Assembly (NCBI GenBank): GCA_015680685.1 | Contig: MNCI01002813.1 | Coordinates: 248,001 to 312,000, forward strand | Source: Gnetum montanum | Taxonomy: Eukaryota; Plantae; Gnetophyta | Direction of reading: 5' to 3' | Length of the DNA: 64,000 nucleotides | In this document: positions 38,101-49,704 of the stretch, piece after piece | Position numbering within the stretch: the first letter of the stretch is position 1 | How the letters are laid out: each line of letters opens with the position of its first letter | Position numbers and translations under genes: made by a program | The notes under the pieces: model-generated | Database searches by the model: none | Told to the model about the DNA's origin: nothing | What the model saw: only the letters and a program-made list of their open reading frames with translations

Positions 38101-39550
38101 AGGTAATTTCTTCTAAAATTTGTATTGGTTATTGTAATGTTTCAATTATGTCTTCATATGGAACTTGTTCTATATAATAGGAGACCAGGACATGACATGT
38201 CAATGGTGGTGACTTGATCCTGGGGCAAATTTCCTGATAAGTTCACCTTTATGGAGGGGGTCGTTCATGACATGATTGGCCTCTTAGAGAAAATTGACCT
38301 TGAAGCAAGTACATCATGATCATTATGTAGAAGTTGTTCCATTGTGGTATTGTATTATCTATGTCTAATCACCATGCTATGTTTTTAGGAGCTCGGATCA
38401 AGTGGGATCCATCAAAGCCTATTGACCTAGACACCACCGAACCCTCCTTGGAAGAGACCATCATGTCGTGCAACATTTATGATAAAATGTGTAAATGTGT
38501 GGTATGCTCGACTCACTCCTTGTGGGAATGCCAGAGCGTAAATGAGGATCTTGGGAAAAGATTACAAAGGTTAGAAAAAGAGAGAGCAACTCTAAGTGAT
38601 GAAGTGGCGGACTTCAAGTCTCGGAATGAATTCTTGCAGGCTTAGGGAATTGGCAACGAGGACTAGCGGACAACTATTGTGGGCTACACCTGTTATTGGA
38701 CAATTTTTCAAAACAACGTCTAGACTAGCCATGAACTGGTCGAGAAGTGGATGCAAATGGACCTCCTAGCTCAAAAGAATCAAGACTAGAAGGACTATAT
38801 TGTAAGTGTGCAAGAATGGGGGTAGATGCAAAAAGATCATAAACATGTCTATAAGTGGGACTATGCTACCTACTGTTAGTAGTACAAGGACTCTGCCATC
38901 GAGGGTTAGTCTCTTTGACTATTCCTTGATGTTATTGGTGCTTCTAGTGAATTTGAAAAGTTCTAGGAGTAAGTGATGGTGAGCGCCTCTCCAAAAATGG
39001 AAATGACTCTTCCTGGAGGAGAGACAACCATCCCTTCCTTCTTCCCTAAACCACCTCACTGGACTCCTGTGGAAAAAGGGAAGATGAAAGCTGAAACTAA
39101 TCTAGGGGATGGGGTTTGGTTTGAGCTTACTGAGGATGAGATTATGCAATGTCTGTGGATTGTCTTAGAAAAAATTTTATTTGCAACTGATGCCAAACCA
39201 TCATAGGTGAGTGTTTGTTTTATTATGCCTTTTGTCATACCTAGGTTTGATCGTGATGTTAGTATACGTGTTATGTATGATTACAGGAACGACCTAAGGA
39301 GGTTCCTCAATGAGGTGAGCGTAATGTGGATGATGGTCCTCACAAAGGGGGCTTATAAGGGATAGAGCTTAATGGTGGTAATTAACGCCATGGAAAACAA
39401 CTTCTTATAGAAGAGCCTAACAGGGAAGGTCAGCTTCATGAAGAAATGCTACCTAAAAAAGGTGGCCCTTATGAGGACAATTTTCTCAGGGTGGAGATTG
39501 AGCTATAGGACATGGATGATAGTGGGGACAGAGGAGATGTGTAACATGGC
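35125..39550 (+). pseudogene. Antisense multi-exon accessory gene of T1: FCP1/NIF-like HAD phosphatase domain, transposon accessory domain, coiled coil, acidic tail
   Basis: Exon 1 MAPKVKGKNAKLARIEEVQESLQQSLLARFETPEATPLN ends CG|GTAAGT (35244). GT-AG introns include 36204-36306 and 39207-39286, with probable ones near 36640-36697, 37768-37860, 38103-38180 and 38333-38388. Exons from 35960 onward are conserved in T2 (60560-64000, minus). Confidence 0.8.
35764..36480 (+). pseudogene. FCP1/NIF (NLI-interacting factor)-like HAD phosphatase domain, split by one intron
   Basis: One frame read through stops: KPILIVLDIVGILC..PHAYIKGEVVWFRRGA*EFL*FLLRNYSVIIW..RCLSWIWEVPRFNCYHYYNTLFMAYHLTTYFQNPPGT | FYINDNSL..ISNVQ. 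This parallels the remembered plant FCP1-domain consensus KKLLVLDLNGLL..IFKRPFCDEFLKFCFENFEVGIW..KELRKIWE..YNESNTLLLDDSPYKALLNPPYT..DNSL..ENVQ. Confidence 0.8.
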
Positions 39551-39864
39551 TATATTGGCCATAGTACGTTTTTTTTATTTTATGATGAGAAAAACAAAAT
39601 ATTTATTTTTTGAAATTTTAATGCAAATTTGGTCTAAGTCAATGTTCTTTTATTGTTACTGTTCTCATTTTTAAAAAAATGTAAATTAGTAGGTTTTGAT
39701 GTTATGAGAAGTGGCAGATAGTTTAGGTGTATAGCATAAATGAAGTTACTAGTTTAAAGTCATTGCAGGCTACTGGATAAATCAGGTGCAAAGCGTAAAT
39801 AAGGTAACTAGTCCTGGGTCATTTCAGGCCTTTGACTAGTTCAAGCATAAACTACAATTTAAAT

Positions 39865-40025
39865 AGGTAGTTTAGGGCCATTGCAAGCCATAGGTAGTTT
39901 TAGGCCATTCTAGGCCACGTATAGTTTTAGGCCATTTTGGGCCGTGCATAGTTTTAGGCCATTTCGGGCCATGCATAGTTTTAGGCCATTTAAGGCCATG
40001 CATAGCTTTAGGCCATTTTGGGTCG
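39865..40025. repeat. 27-bp tandem repeat (about 6 units) inside the T1 PR-RT intron
   Basis: Unit ttttaggccatt(t/c)(c/t/a)(g/a)ggcc(a/g)(t/c)g(c/t)atag; unit starts at 39898 and 39925. Confidence 0.9.
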
Positions 40026-40232
40026 TGGTTAGCACACATGATTAATTTTAGATAAATTTAAGAGTGACAAAGATAACTAGTAGGGGCATAAAAACATAAG
40101 TGTAAATGAGAACAGCTGGTGGAAGCATAAAAATAATCCTAAGCATAAGCATAGCTGGTGGATGCAAAGTTGGGATAACATGATGAAATAAAACATGCAT
40201 AAGCTATATGGTAATCAGATGAACCGGTTTAC

Positions 40233-41080
40233 TGGCTAGCCCTATAATTATTTTCTAATCACTTTTATTTTGGTGACGTGTAAAGACAAGAGGATTTACC
40301 ACCCTTTTCCTTTGCATCATACTCCTCTTCTAGGAATGGTAGCTCAACCCAAGTTAGGCTATCATTAGCCACTATTTCAGCTTGTTCGAGTATTCAGACA
40401 GGGGACTGATCTTTAGACATTTTGATTTTTGACCCCTGCTCCATTTCTATGTTATTAATAGCCTGAGGGATTATTTCATCACTCTGGATAACCACCTCTC
40501 CTCCTGCATAGGGAAGATGGATCTCTTGATGTATAGGTGATGAAACTACTCTTAGTTGGGCCAACCAGGACCTCCCCAGGATCAAGTTGAAGCCAAGAAT
40601 CTCTTCGACAACAATGAAGGTTACATCTATGGGGAACTGCTCCCCCGCCATGAAGTTGATGTGCATAGTGCCTTTGACCTACACTCGTGCCCTGTTGAAT
40701 GACTTTAAACATGATGTGGTGGTAGGAATGATCTGATCGATCAGACCTAGCTTATCCACTATGGGTTAGGGGATGAAATTAGTAGCTACCTTTTCATCCA
40801 CATGTACCCTCTGAATTCGGTTTTGACCAACCCTAATGGTGATGAACATGGGCGCCGTTGTCACATGACCCTTTTCTGGGTCATCCTTAATGGATTCATC
40901 ACAAAAGGTCAACAAGGAAGGCCTTGGTTTCTCAGCCACGAGAGGAAGCATAATGGAATGAATCGATTCTTCATCTATGGTCAGGCAGTCATCCATAGGT
41001 ATGGATGTTAGCATGCAAACCATGGCCTCATGATGCTTCTGTGACATCATGAGTAATTCATAAAGGCTCAAAGTTGTATT
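40233..41080 (-). pseudogene. T1 aspartic protease region
   Basis: MSLYELL..PMFITIRVGQNRIQRVHVDEKVATNFIP..FNLILGRSWLAQLRVVSSPIHQEIHLP (Tat-type protease; T2 has VDDGVATNVIP). Confidence 0.9.
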
Positions 41081-41679
41081 TTTCTATTTTAGAGCCTGTT
41101 TGACTCGCGTAAAGGCATTGAAGAGATCTCGCCCATGATTTGGCTACTTGTCACCCTTTTCCTCTTCTATTCACCCTAGGAGATGAATTTATCGGGTAGG
41201 AGTGATATTCGATCGAGGGCTATTCTTCTTTATGCCAGGATTAGATGGTTGTGTTTGCATAACTTCACCATCTTTACAAAATGGGGCCAAGGGTATAGAG
41301 GTGAGGGGTTTAGTCTTGGGAAACCCTAGCGTAAGACAATCCCTGGCCATATCAGTTGTCTTACCTCCTTCTCCTCTTCCGTTAAATTGGGATCAAGAGT
41401 TTGACTTGGAGGTTTTCCCTTATGTAGGAAGGACTACTGATGGTTTTGGCACCTTGATAATGAAGGGGGTCTTAGGCGTAGGTGTGGGCTAGGCCGTGGC
41501 TTTACCAATAGTGGGTTTTCGAGAATTTTTCTGAGAAGGGGCTCGAAGGATAAAAGGTTATCGTGGTGTACCACTTGTTGATGTTGTTGAATCCATAGTT
41601 CGGAGAGAATGAGGATGTGTTCGTAGCACAAAAGGTTTCCTAGGCTGTGACTAACTATCACCCTCTGCTCCCACAACAT

Positions 41680-43980
41680 TAATTGTATACCCTACACTAT
41701 TTGCATTTAACAGGTCTTTGTACACATGCAGGGTTTGGTTTTTTGGGTGAGCTAGACTACTGCTATTCAAGATTAGGTCACCTTGATCGATCGTGTGTTG
41801 AATGTCATCTTTCAATGCCTAGCACTAATCTGTGTCATGACTACATAATTGATGATAGTCGTAGAATAGGTCTAGCCTAGAGTTCTTGGGAATGGGCAGT
41901 TTAGTAGGTTGTGCCAATGAGGGGTTCTTGAGTAACTCACAATGGCACCTGTGATGTTTTAGGGCCTCCATAGACACCACCTTGTGTCAGATGTGACCAA
42001 TTCCCAATAATTGCTTCAGAAATTCTGAAGGCTTCATAGGTAGAGTTGTGTAATTTGAGCGGTCCTTAAGCTCAAATTTTGGCCTTGGCTGTGGGGGTGT
42101 TTCAGGGGTGGAAGGAGCTTCTTGATTGGTGCCACCTGAGTTGGTTGTTAAGTCAGCTAGCTCCATAGTAGTTTTCTTGCCATTGTTATTCTTTTTCTCG
42201 GCCCCTTCAGCAACCATCACAACTATAGTTATCATGGCTTTGCCTTTGTCCTTACCCTTACTATGGGCATTTTTGTAGGCCACGTATGCTGAATCTTTAC
42301 TAGCCTCTGCCATGTCTTGGATGCTCTTAGTTTGAGCAAAGGCTTGGCTGAGAGAATAGGGGGAAAGGTAATACAGCTTAGACTTGATGAAGTCGTTGAT
42401 CACTTCCTTGAAGATTGCCAATAGATGGGCCTCCGCGATGGGTTCACGGATCTTGTTCAAGATAGCTCTCCAACACTGTATAAACTTTTGGACTAACTCG
42501 ATTAGGTCTTGTTTAACTCCCATGAGCTGGTCCATTGTGACTTCTGGCTTCAGGTTGTATTTGAAATGAGTCAAAAACTAGCTTAATAGCTCTTCGAACG
42601 TTGAGATGGAAGCACATGAAAGTGCTCGATACCAGTCCAAAGCTTTACCCGTTAAGGACATAGCAAAGACATAGATTATAGTATGTGGCCATTGTTGTAG
42701 CAATAAGGACTCTAACTTGAAAGTGATGAGGTGGGTGTTGGGATCACCTTCCCCATTGTATTTTGTGAAATGGGGAAGGGGCATCCAAGGTGGCAATGAC
42801 AAGACTGGGATTGTTCGACTAATAGGATCTTCATGGTAAAATCCATGACTTGTATCATGTCAGAGCCAGTAGCCTTGAGACACTTGACCTCTTCTGTAAG
42901 GGTCTAGATGAGCTAGAAGGCTTGGTCTAGACCCATAGACAATGAGGTATTTTTTGGAGCAAAAGGAGGAGCCACACTGGGTGGTAGCACAGAGGCAACA
43001 ACTTGGCCAATGGTTGGTGCTATCGGGATAGTCCCTGTAGGTAGTGTTGCTTGTGGAATCCTTCATCTGGTGGTTGGTGCAGATGGGGGAACAACCATCA
43101 ACTGCACTATTGGGTACGCTGTTTGTGTAGCTGAGGGCATAAGCAGAGGTCCTGTAACTGGGTTTAGCACTTGTAGAACATGGCCTTAAAGGTGGGTATG
43201 GTGGTGCATTTGCATAGGATGTGCAACAAGATACATGTTGGGAGCCCACCATGCTATGGTGGTAGGCCCTATCATGTGAATCGGGAGTGTTGTCAGTGTT
43301 GTAGATATTGCATGCACATGCGGTGGCATAGGTGTAGGCACATGATGAGGCGAGTTAGGTAATCACACCTACTGAGGAATGATCTGTGATGGACTATCAC
43401 CTAGGAAGATAGTTGGAGAGAGAAAATGTAAACATGGTGAATGCGGGACTCTATCAGTGTTAGATAATGTCAAAGGTGTGGTGAGCATGAATAACAGATT
43501 TACACGAGACATTATGGAGGGAGGGGCCATGGTGAAATTAGCATGACTACCTTCCTTAGAGTGAGATTCTAGATCATCTTATTTGTTGTGAAGTGTTTCA
43601 TTATGGAATAAGGCCTTTAGTTCTTCTGGCAATGTCTGTGCCATTAACATTTGATCTAGGATCCACCTTTGTTGATCTATCAAGGGTATGAAATTGGTAG
43701 GCATAAGAATGAGTTCCTTACCATTGCAGTACATGAACTCATACTCTCATTTTTCCTGGAGCTCTTTTCGATACATAGGTAGGTTTGTCGCTAAATTAGC
43801 ATAGAGAATATTGTAGCTTTCCCTGTGCTAATCCTGTCCCTCAGACTCCTTGTTTTGTAACCTAAGGGAATGGCATAGTTACACCAGACTAAGTGGTTGC
43901 TCGACCATGGGAGACGTGACTTGCATGGTCCAAGGGTTCTCAAGGCTAGTGGTATAAATGGTAGTAGTTGATGTAGTCAT
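41680..43980 (-). pseudogene. T1 gag with Pro-rich N-terminal extension
   Basis: PHFTKYNGEGDPNTHL..FAMSLTGKALDWYRAL..SISTFEEL..LMGVKQ; decayed C..H...GH....C knuckle near 41810-41870. Confidence 0.9.
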
Positions 43981-44211
43981 TTTTTACATGATTCATAGAT
44001 AATGATGATAAAAGTAGATATCAGGAGGACAAAGGTGAACTAAGATAATAATTGGGGCTTTCTATCTTGTAGGATTCCAAAGAAATCATTGAAGCGACCA
44101 ATCTACACCACATAATTTTGTAAACAACCTCAGAGGTATTACATTTACGTTGATTGCCAATGGGTACAGATAGATTACAAGACTACCCATAAAATATGTA
44201 TTAGATATGAA

Positions 44212-44230
44212 GGCCCTCCTTCTAGCGCCA
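44212..44230 (-). promoter_or_regulatory. Primer-binding site of T1, complementary to tRNA-Asn(GUU)
   Basis: rc TGGCGCTAGAAGGAGGG, 6 nt from the LTR. Plant tRNA-Asn, as I recall it, ends ..CCCUCCUUCUAGCG-CCA. Confidence 0.8.
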
Positions 44231-44236
44231 GGAAAC

Positions 44237-45625
44237 TGTAATGACAGAAAACGTCGATTGCTGGAAATACCAAACAAAGGTCCATGTACATAGTTCTAAC
44301 CCTGGATCTGTGTGAGGACCATGTTGGAGAGAAAAATGAATCCAAGGTTCCATGAACGGTCTTGTCGATCAAAAAGGGACTTATTTAATTAGTAAAGTTT
44401 TTGGTAATAATTTGATGGCAAAATGAAGATTCTTTATAAGGCGATGAAATGTTGTTAATCCCAAAAGTAATTGAAGATAACGCAATCGATTTAGATGAGA
44501 TTACCAAATTCATATAACTAGGATGCAAGGGATCAAATATGGTAGAGAATACAATCACAAGATCTAGGATTTAATTTACCAAAATAAATATGTTTGATAC
44601 AAGAATTTCATGTGGGCTTCGGATCAATCTAAAGAAAGTTATCTAAAGATGAAACAAGCGAGGATCAATCTACCTTGATCTAGCCAATCTAGGTGCAGGG
44701 AAGTTAGACCTAGGGGAGAATATCTAGTAGCTGATTGTTTCTGATCGAGAGTTCTTGCCAATTGCCTCTAATGTTCTCACGATCGCTGATTCTCTTTTGT
44801 TCTTTTGCCAACCTTGAAGAAAAAAATTTGCCAACCCCTCTGATCTTCGTCAACTGGAGTATTTATAAGGTTAGGGTTAGGAGAAAAATGTGGTTTTAAG
44901 TGACACATGTCCTGAACTCATAAAATTCCATTGACTCAATGTGTTGTCGTTGAAGCTTGCGACACTATGCTGTGTAGTGCATCGTAAAGTACCCTTGTGC
45001 AGGCTTTGGCAACAGATTGTTCTTTGATTATGTTGTAATACGCTAGAGAGAGTATTGTGGCGTATGACCCATTGATGTCTGAATTGTGCTTATCATTACT
45101 TGAATTATGCTACGTTACACTAAATTACGCATCATAGCATAATTCAAGGTAAAATAATGAAACCGCAAAAGTTGAAGTATTGTTGTCGCGCTTCCTTTGT
45201 TTTTATCTCTTTCAGGACTTTTACTACGCTGCACTACATAAAGCAGCATAATGGGCCCCTTAACCAAGAAAGAAAACCTAATTAAATGTGCATCATGATG
45301 TAGATTGTTGCTTAGGCCTTGATATTTTTACTGGGCTGTCAAAGTCTTGCATGTTTTCCATCCTTGATGCTGCGGTGGACTGTCTTTGATATTACACTAT
45401 GCTATGTGGTGTTATGCTATGTTGCGTAATGTAATGTAATATGTTAAATGTTGAGATTTTGAAAGATGAAAAATTCACGAAGTGGAAGTCTTGACGTTGT
45501 GCACTTATTGTTTTGTTCTATCTCCTGAAGTTCATCTGTACTGTGCTGCGCCTTGTCATGACTTCTTTCTTGGGTCACTAGATTTTGCCAATCTATCAAG
45601 GCTTCAAAAATTTTATGGTGTTTCA
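44237..45625 (-). repeat. 5' LTR of T1 (1389 bp)
   Basis: Collinear with 28334-29735. Confidence 0.95.
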
Positions 45626-48059
45626 ATAACAATGATAGAACCATACACAAAAATTTTATCTACATTTAATTAATGTTTTGAGCACATCAAAATGTCCCTT
45701 TTTGATGATGTTCAAAACTTAAGAAAATGGATTAGTGATCATACAAATATAACCATATTGCTCTTCCCCTTTTTGAATAACAAAAAAAAGGATAAGGTGC
45801 ACAAATGTAGGTATAAAAGATAGAAAAAATTAATAATATCCTCACAATATGAAGAGACAAGTATCACTCATAATCCTAAAAAGATATAGAAAGTGCTTAT
45901 TTATCAAGTCCATGAAGAGGTACCCCAAATTTTGCAAGAGCAAAACAAACCTTCTAAGTGAAATTTAATCTTGAAGTTGAAGCAAAGGCTTAAGCAATGT
46001 ATCTCTAGAACAATAAATCATTAGTAGTGCAAGGTGCTTGGAATTTAGATCATCTTCATTTTTATCCAACATTAGAAAATGGGTATATCTTCATGATGAG
46101 GTAAATATAGTCATAAAAATTCATAATGGAAAACCATTGATGTCAAATGAAAACATTCACATAGAGTATTCATGTTATTACTCAAAATGTAGTGAGGAAT
46201 ATACCGCATCCTCCACTTAAGGTGTGATTGTGAAAATTGAAAACTGCTCTGTTGAGGTCAAAAAAGGGAGCTATAATTAATTCAATAAGAACCATCAACA
46301 TTCAATTTTATAGATTAAATCTATTAGTTGGACATGCATACTCTAATGTTTGTTCAAGGCAATGCAACATCCAAAACCATTGATAAAAAATAAAAAATCC
46401 TAATAAATATACATTCATACACTTCCTAAAATTCTCTCCTAATGTAAATATGATCATGTAAAAATAGTCAATAAATACAAAATATCAAAGATAGAGCATG
46501 TAGAAATAGGTAATTCATCAGGTATCACACAAATAGGAAAGAAAGAATATTACAAGTGTTGCCACACATTTATCAAGAACTGATACAAGTTTTTCATCCA
46601 ATATTTAAGCTTGGAGTAAAGTGTGAAAGTTGAGAAGCAAGTAATCTATTTTCAAAATTAGTATGGAGCTTCATCTTGGTAAATGAGCATATAGCAATCT
46701 ACAACTTGAAACCATCCATGCAAAATCCCCAAAATCTACATCTCAAAGCAAAGTATTCAATGGATAACTTAATCAAAAGCACAAATACCCAGAACTCATC
46801 ATGGAATTACTCATAATATCAACTACTTGCTACATAAAAATAGATACTTAATGCTTAAGCTTATGATTGAACATCAGATAGGTTGGTTGTCAGTTCAAAA
46901 TCTATGAGCACCAACAAAGATTAATGCTAAAGACCAAAGATAAAAGAAAAGTGATATAATAGATTGCATCATGTAATTCTAGATTCAACCAAAAGAATTT
47001 ATTAAAATAATATCAAAGTAATGCATGTTTTGATTTTAGTGCAAGTCAATACAACAACCACAATCATTTACAAACAATAGACGTTGATAAGGAACTAAGT
47101 ATTCATATATTGTTAAGTACCTTTTACAGTCCTAATAAAAAATAATTTAAGGCTTTTCCATCCCAATAAATACCTCTTGTAGTTATTTCTTAATCATTAT
47201 GCATTTTGGATAAATTTCCCATGGACTCCCCCTACATTGATGGCCCCCAAGATGATTAAGATTTAGCCTCCTCTTGCATATATGATAATTGTCTTGGACT
47301 TTTAAGATCAATGTGAAAAAATCACAAATACACTAGAACTATAAATAAAATTAAGCTTAATTTGTCGAGATCTAGATCTTCAACCAACAATCTTGATAGA
47401 GGTTTGTCTCATCTTATAAATGGAAAAAATCATTTCAAAGACTATAAGCATAGAGATAGATCATCACAATAATTTCAGATTGAGAAAGATAAGAAATAAA
47501 ACCAATGGAAATTATTATAAGTGCTATTACAAGTCTTCACAAAACTAATTAATAAATATAATAAATTCTCTAAATACTTATTCCACCATATATGATATAG
47601 ACATAGAAAATTTTGGACAATATCCTATTAACTTGCAAGCAAAGAGATAGAGACTTACCTTGACTTAACTTGCTTACTAATAAATCTAGAATATTAGTGG
47701 AGTTTGAGATGAGGTCCCCTATCATGAAGTACCTCCTCATCCTTAGGTTCTTTTAATTTGATCTTGTATGCGATGTCTCTATTTGTTCATGCCCCTTGTG
47801 ATAGAACCCTTGATCACTCCTTGCATTATTTTTAGTACTCCATTTTTCTTCATTCTCACATATTGGTACCTGCATAATTTGCTTACCAAATCCTCTTTGA
47901 CAATACCAAGAATTAATCTTATTTTAATAATCATAATCAAGAGTTTGCATAAAACCACAATTTTTACATATAAAAGTAGTCTCATCCTTATGATGAAAAT
48001 TATCAAACCTTACTATGCTTGACTTTGAGCTTGAAACTTCAAGTGTTTCTTCCTCTAAA

Positions 48060-49380
48060 TTTTTTGGCTAATTTGTAGTAATTTCCTCATCTTGAATTTT
48101 TCTGTAATCCTTGTTACAATAGGTTAGTTGTTGAATCTTAGATTTTATATTTGAGATCTCTCCTTTCATTTCAACATGAATAGAATTTAACTTAGAAAGC
48201 ATTAGTTTCTTTACCTTCCTAATTAAATGATGTAAGAGAAAATTTTCTTCTTTAAATTCACTATACCTCTCATCAAACTTACCATGTTGTTCAACCATAT
48301 GTGAGGAAGATTCATCAGTAAGCACCATGCAGATGAGATGAGAATCTTTAGGAGAATTACATGCTTCTTCTTCACTTTGTTCACTGTCATCACAACTTGT
48401 ATAAAAGTTGGTCTTTTTTAGTTCCTCATCATTGGATCTATTCTTTGGTTGAATTTGCTATCATTTGTCTCAATAGGACATTTGAAGGTCATATGGCCTC
48501 TTCTTCCACAAACCCAACACTCTATGGAAGAAAAATATAGATTAGATTTAAAAAATTTCTACCTCTTTATCTACCTTTGAGAAAATTTGATCCTTGTTGT
48601 TGTTGAGATGTCCCTTTGTTTTTTCTCATAAGCAATCATTATAGCCTCCTTAATAGAAGAGCAATCTTGTCTTTATAGAAATCTTCATGCTCATTAACCT
48701 CCTTCTCCTTGAAGGAAATCTTTAGAGAAATAGGTTTTTTCTTGAATCACTCCTTCACTTATGAGATTCATTTCATAGGTAATGAGAGCACTTTGAAATT
48801 TCTCAAATCTTAGAGTTGAGAAATCTCTAATTTCCTCTATGGTTATGACCTTAGGCCTAAACTCTAGTTGTAGAGTTTTGATCATTTTGATGATGACATC
48901 ACTTTTAGGCAAGTATTTCCCTATTCCTCTAATGGCTATAGTAAGATCATTATCTCTAGAAAAATAATCCTTGATTTTCTCACCTTCTTGCATTGTGAGT
49001 TTATCATATTCACTTTGTAGAACTAACAATTTTGATTACTTAACAATAGAGGTTCCTTCATAAGTAGCTTCTAAAGTTTTCAAAATTTCTTTAGCTATTT
49101 TACATCCTACTATTATATTGAATTCACATTTATTCAATGCACAATATATATAATTTTTTTCTTCTAAATCAAACATGAACTTATCCTTTTCCTCTTGAGA
49201 TCATTTGTAACTAGGATTGATGATGCTGATGATGCCATTGACAGGTGGAGTGTATCCTTCCAGGATTGACTCCCAGACTTCAAGCTCCATAGATTTAAAG
49301 AACCCTTGAATTCTAGGTTCTTAATAGGCAAAGTTGAATATGTAAAACATGGGTGGCTTTGTGTAAGAACTTCCCTCCAT
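48060..49380 (-). pseudogene. Copia gag of element B
   Basis: LQSEYDKLTMQEGEKIKDYFSR..KMIKTLQLEFRPKVITIEEIRD..ALITYEM; knuckle ECWVCGRRGHMTFKC near 48480-48525. Confidence 0.85.
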
Positions 49381-49704
49381 TGTTCACTCCTAAATTTCAT
49401 GATGAAACAAAGAGTACCAAGCTCTAATATCATTTGTGGATCGTTGAACTTAGAAGGAAGGGATGAATAAGTTCTTCAAATAAAAAATTAAACAAGAAAA
49501 GCACCAAGTTTAACATGGTTTTCCAACTTGTGTAGTTCACACACAAAGGATAGATGACAAGCACAAATCTAGACATTTTTGCTCTCAAAATGTATTTGAA
49601 GGGTCCACACATAGTATAATCATCAAGCCCCAATCTAGAGTGCTATACTACAAAACCAATCACATAACCCTACAAGATCCCATTAGGTTTGGAAATGTGA
49701 TTTC

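Larger units (their letters stand above)
34572..40232 (-). other. Putative ~5.7-kb intron between protease and RT of T1
   Basis: Strong acceptor rc gttttcttttgcAG|GGA AAT TTG CAA ATG, in frame with pre-RT ORF 34281-34487. Candidate phase-0 donor CCA|GTAAAC at 40232 (CAA|GTAAAA in T2). Confidence 0.6.
28334..45625 (-). mobile_element. Full-length Tat-superclade Ty3/gypsy retrotransposon T1 (17,292 bp)
   Basis: Termini TGTAA..TTTCA; perfect 5-bp TSD ATAAC (28329-28333 and 45626-45630); LTRs 28334-29735 and 44237-45625; PPT, PBS; gag-PR..RT-RH-aRH-INT order. Confidence 0.95.

Noticed and set aside
44212-44230. tRNA 3'-end-like sequence ..ccctccttctagcgcca
   Set aside because: Only ~18 nt with no cloverleaf; it is the retroelement PBS.
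45930-46080. DTLLKPL on the minus strand as a copia RNase H remnant (ADIFTKPL)
   Set aside because: Too short and unsupported by neighbouring motifs; left uncalled.
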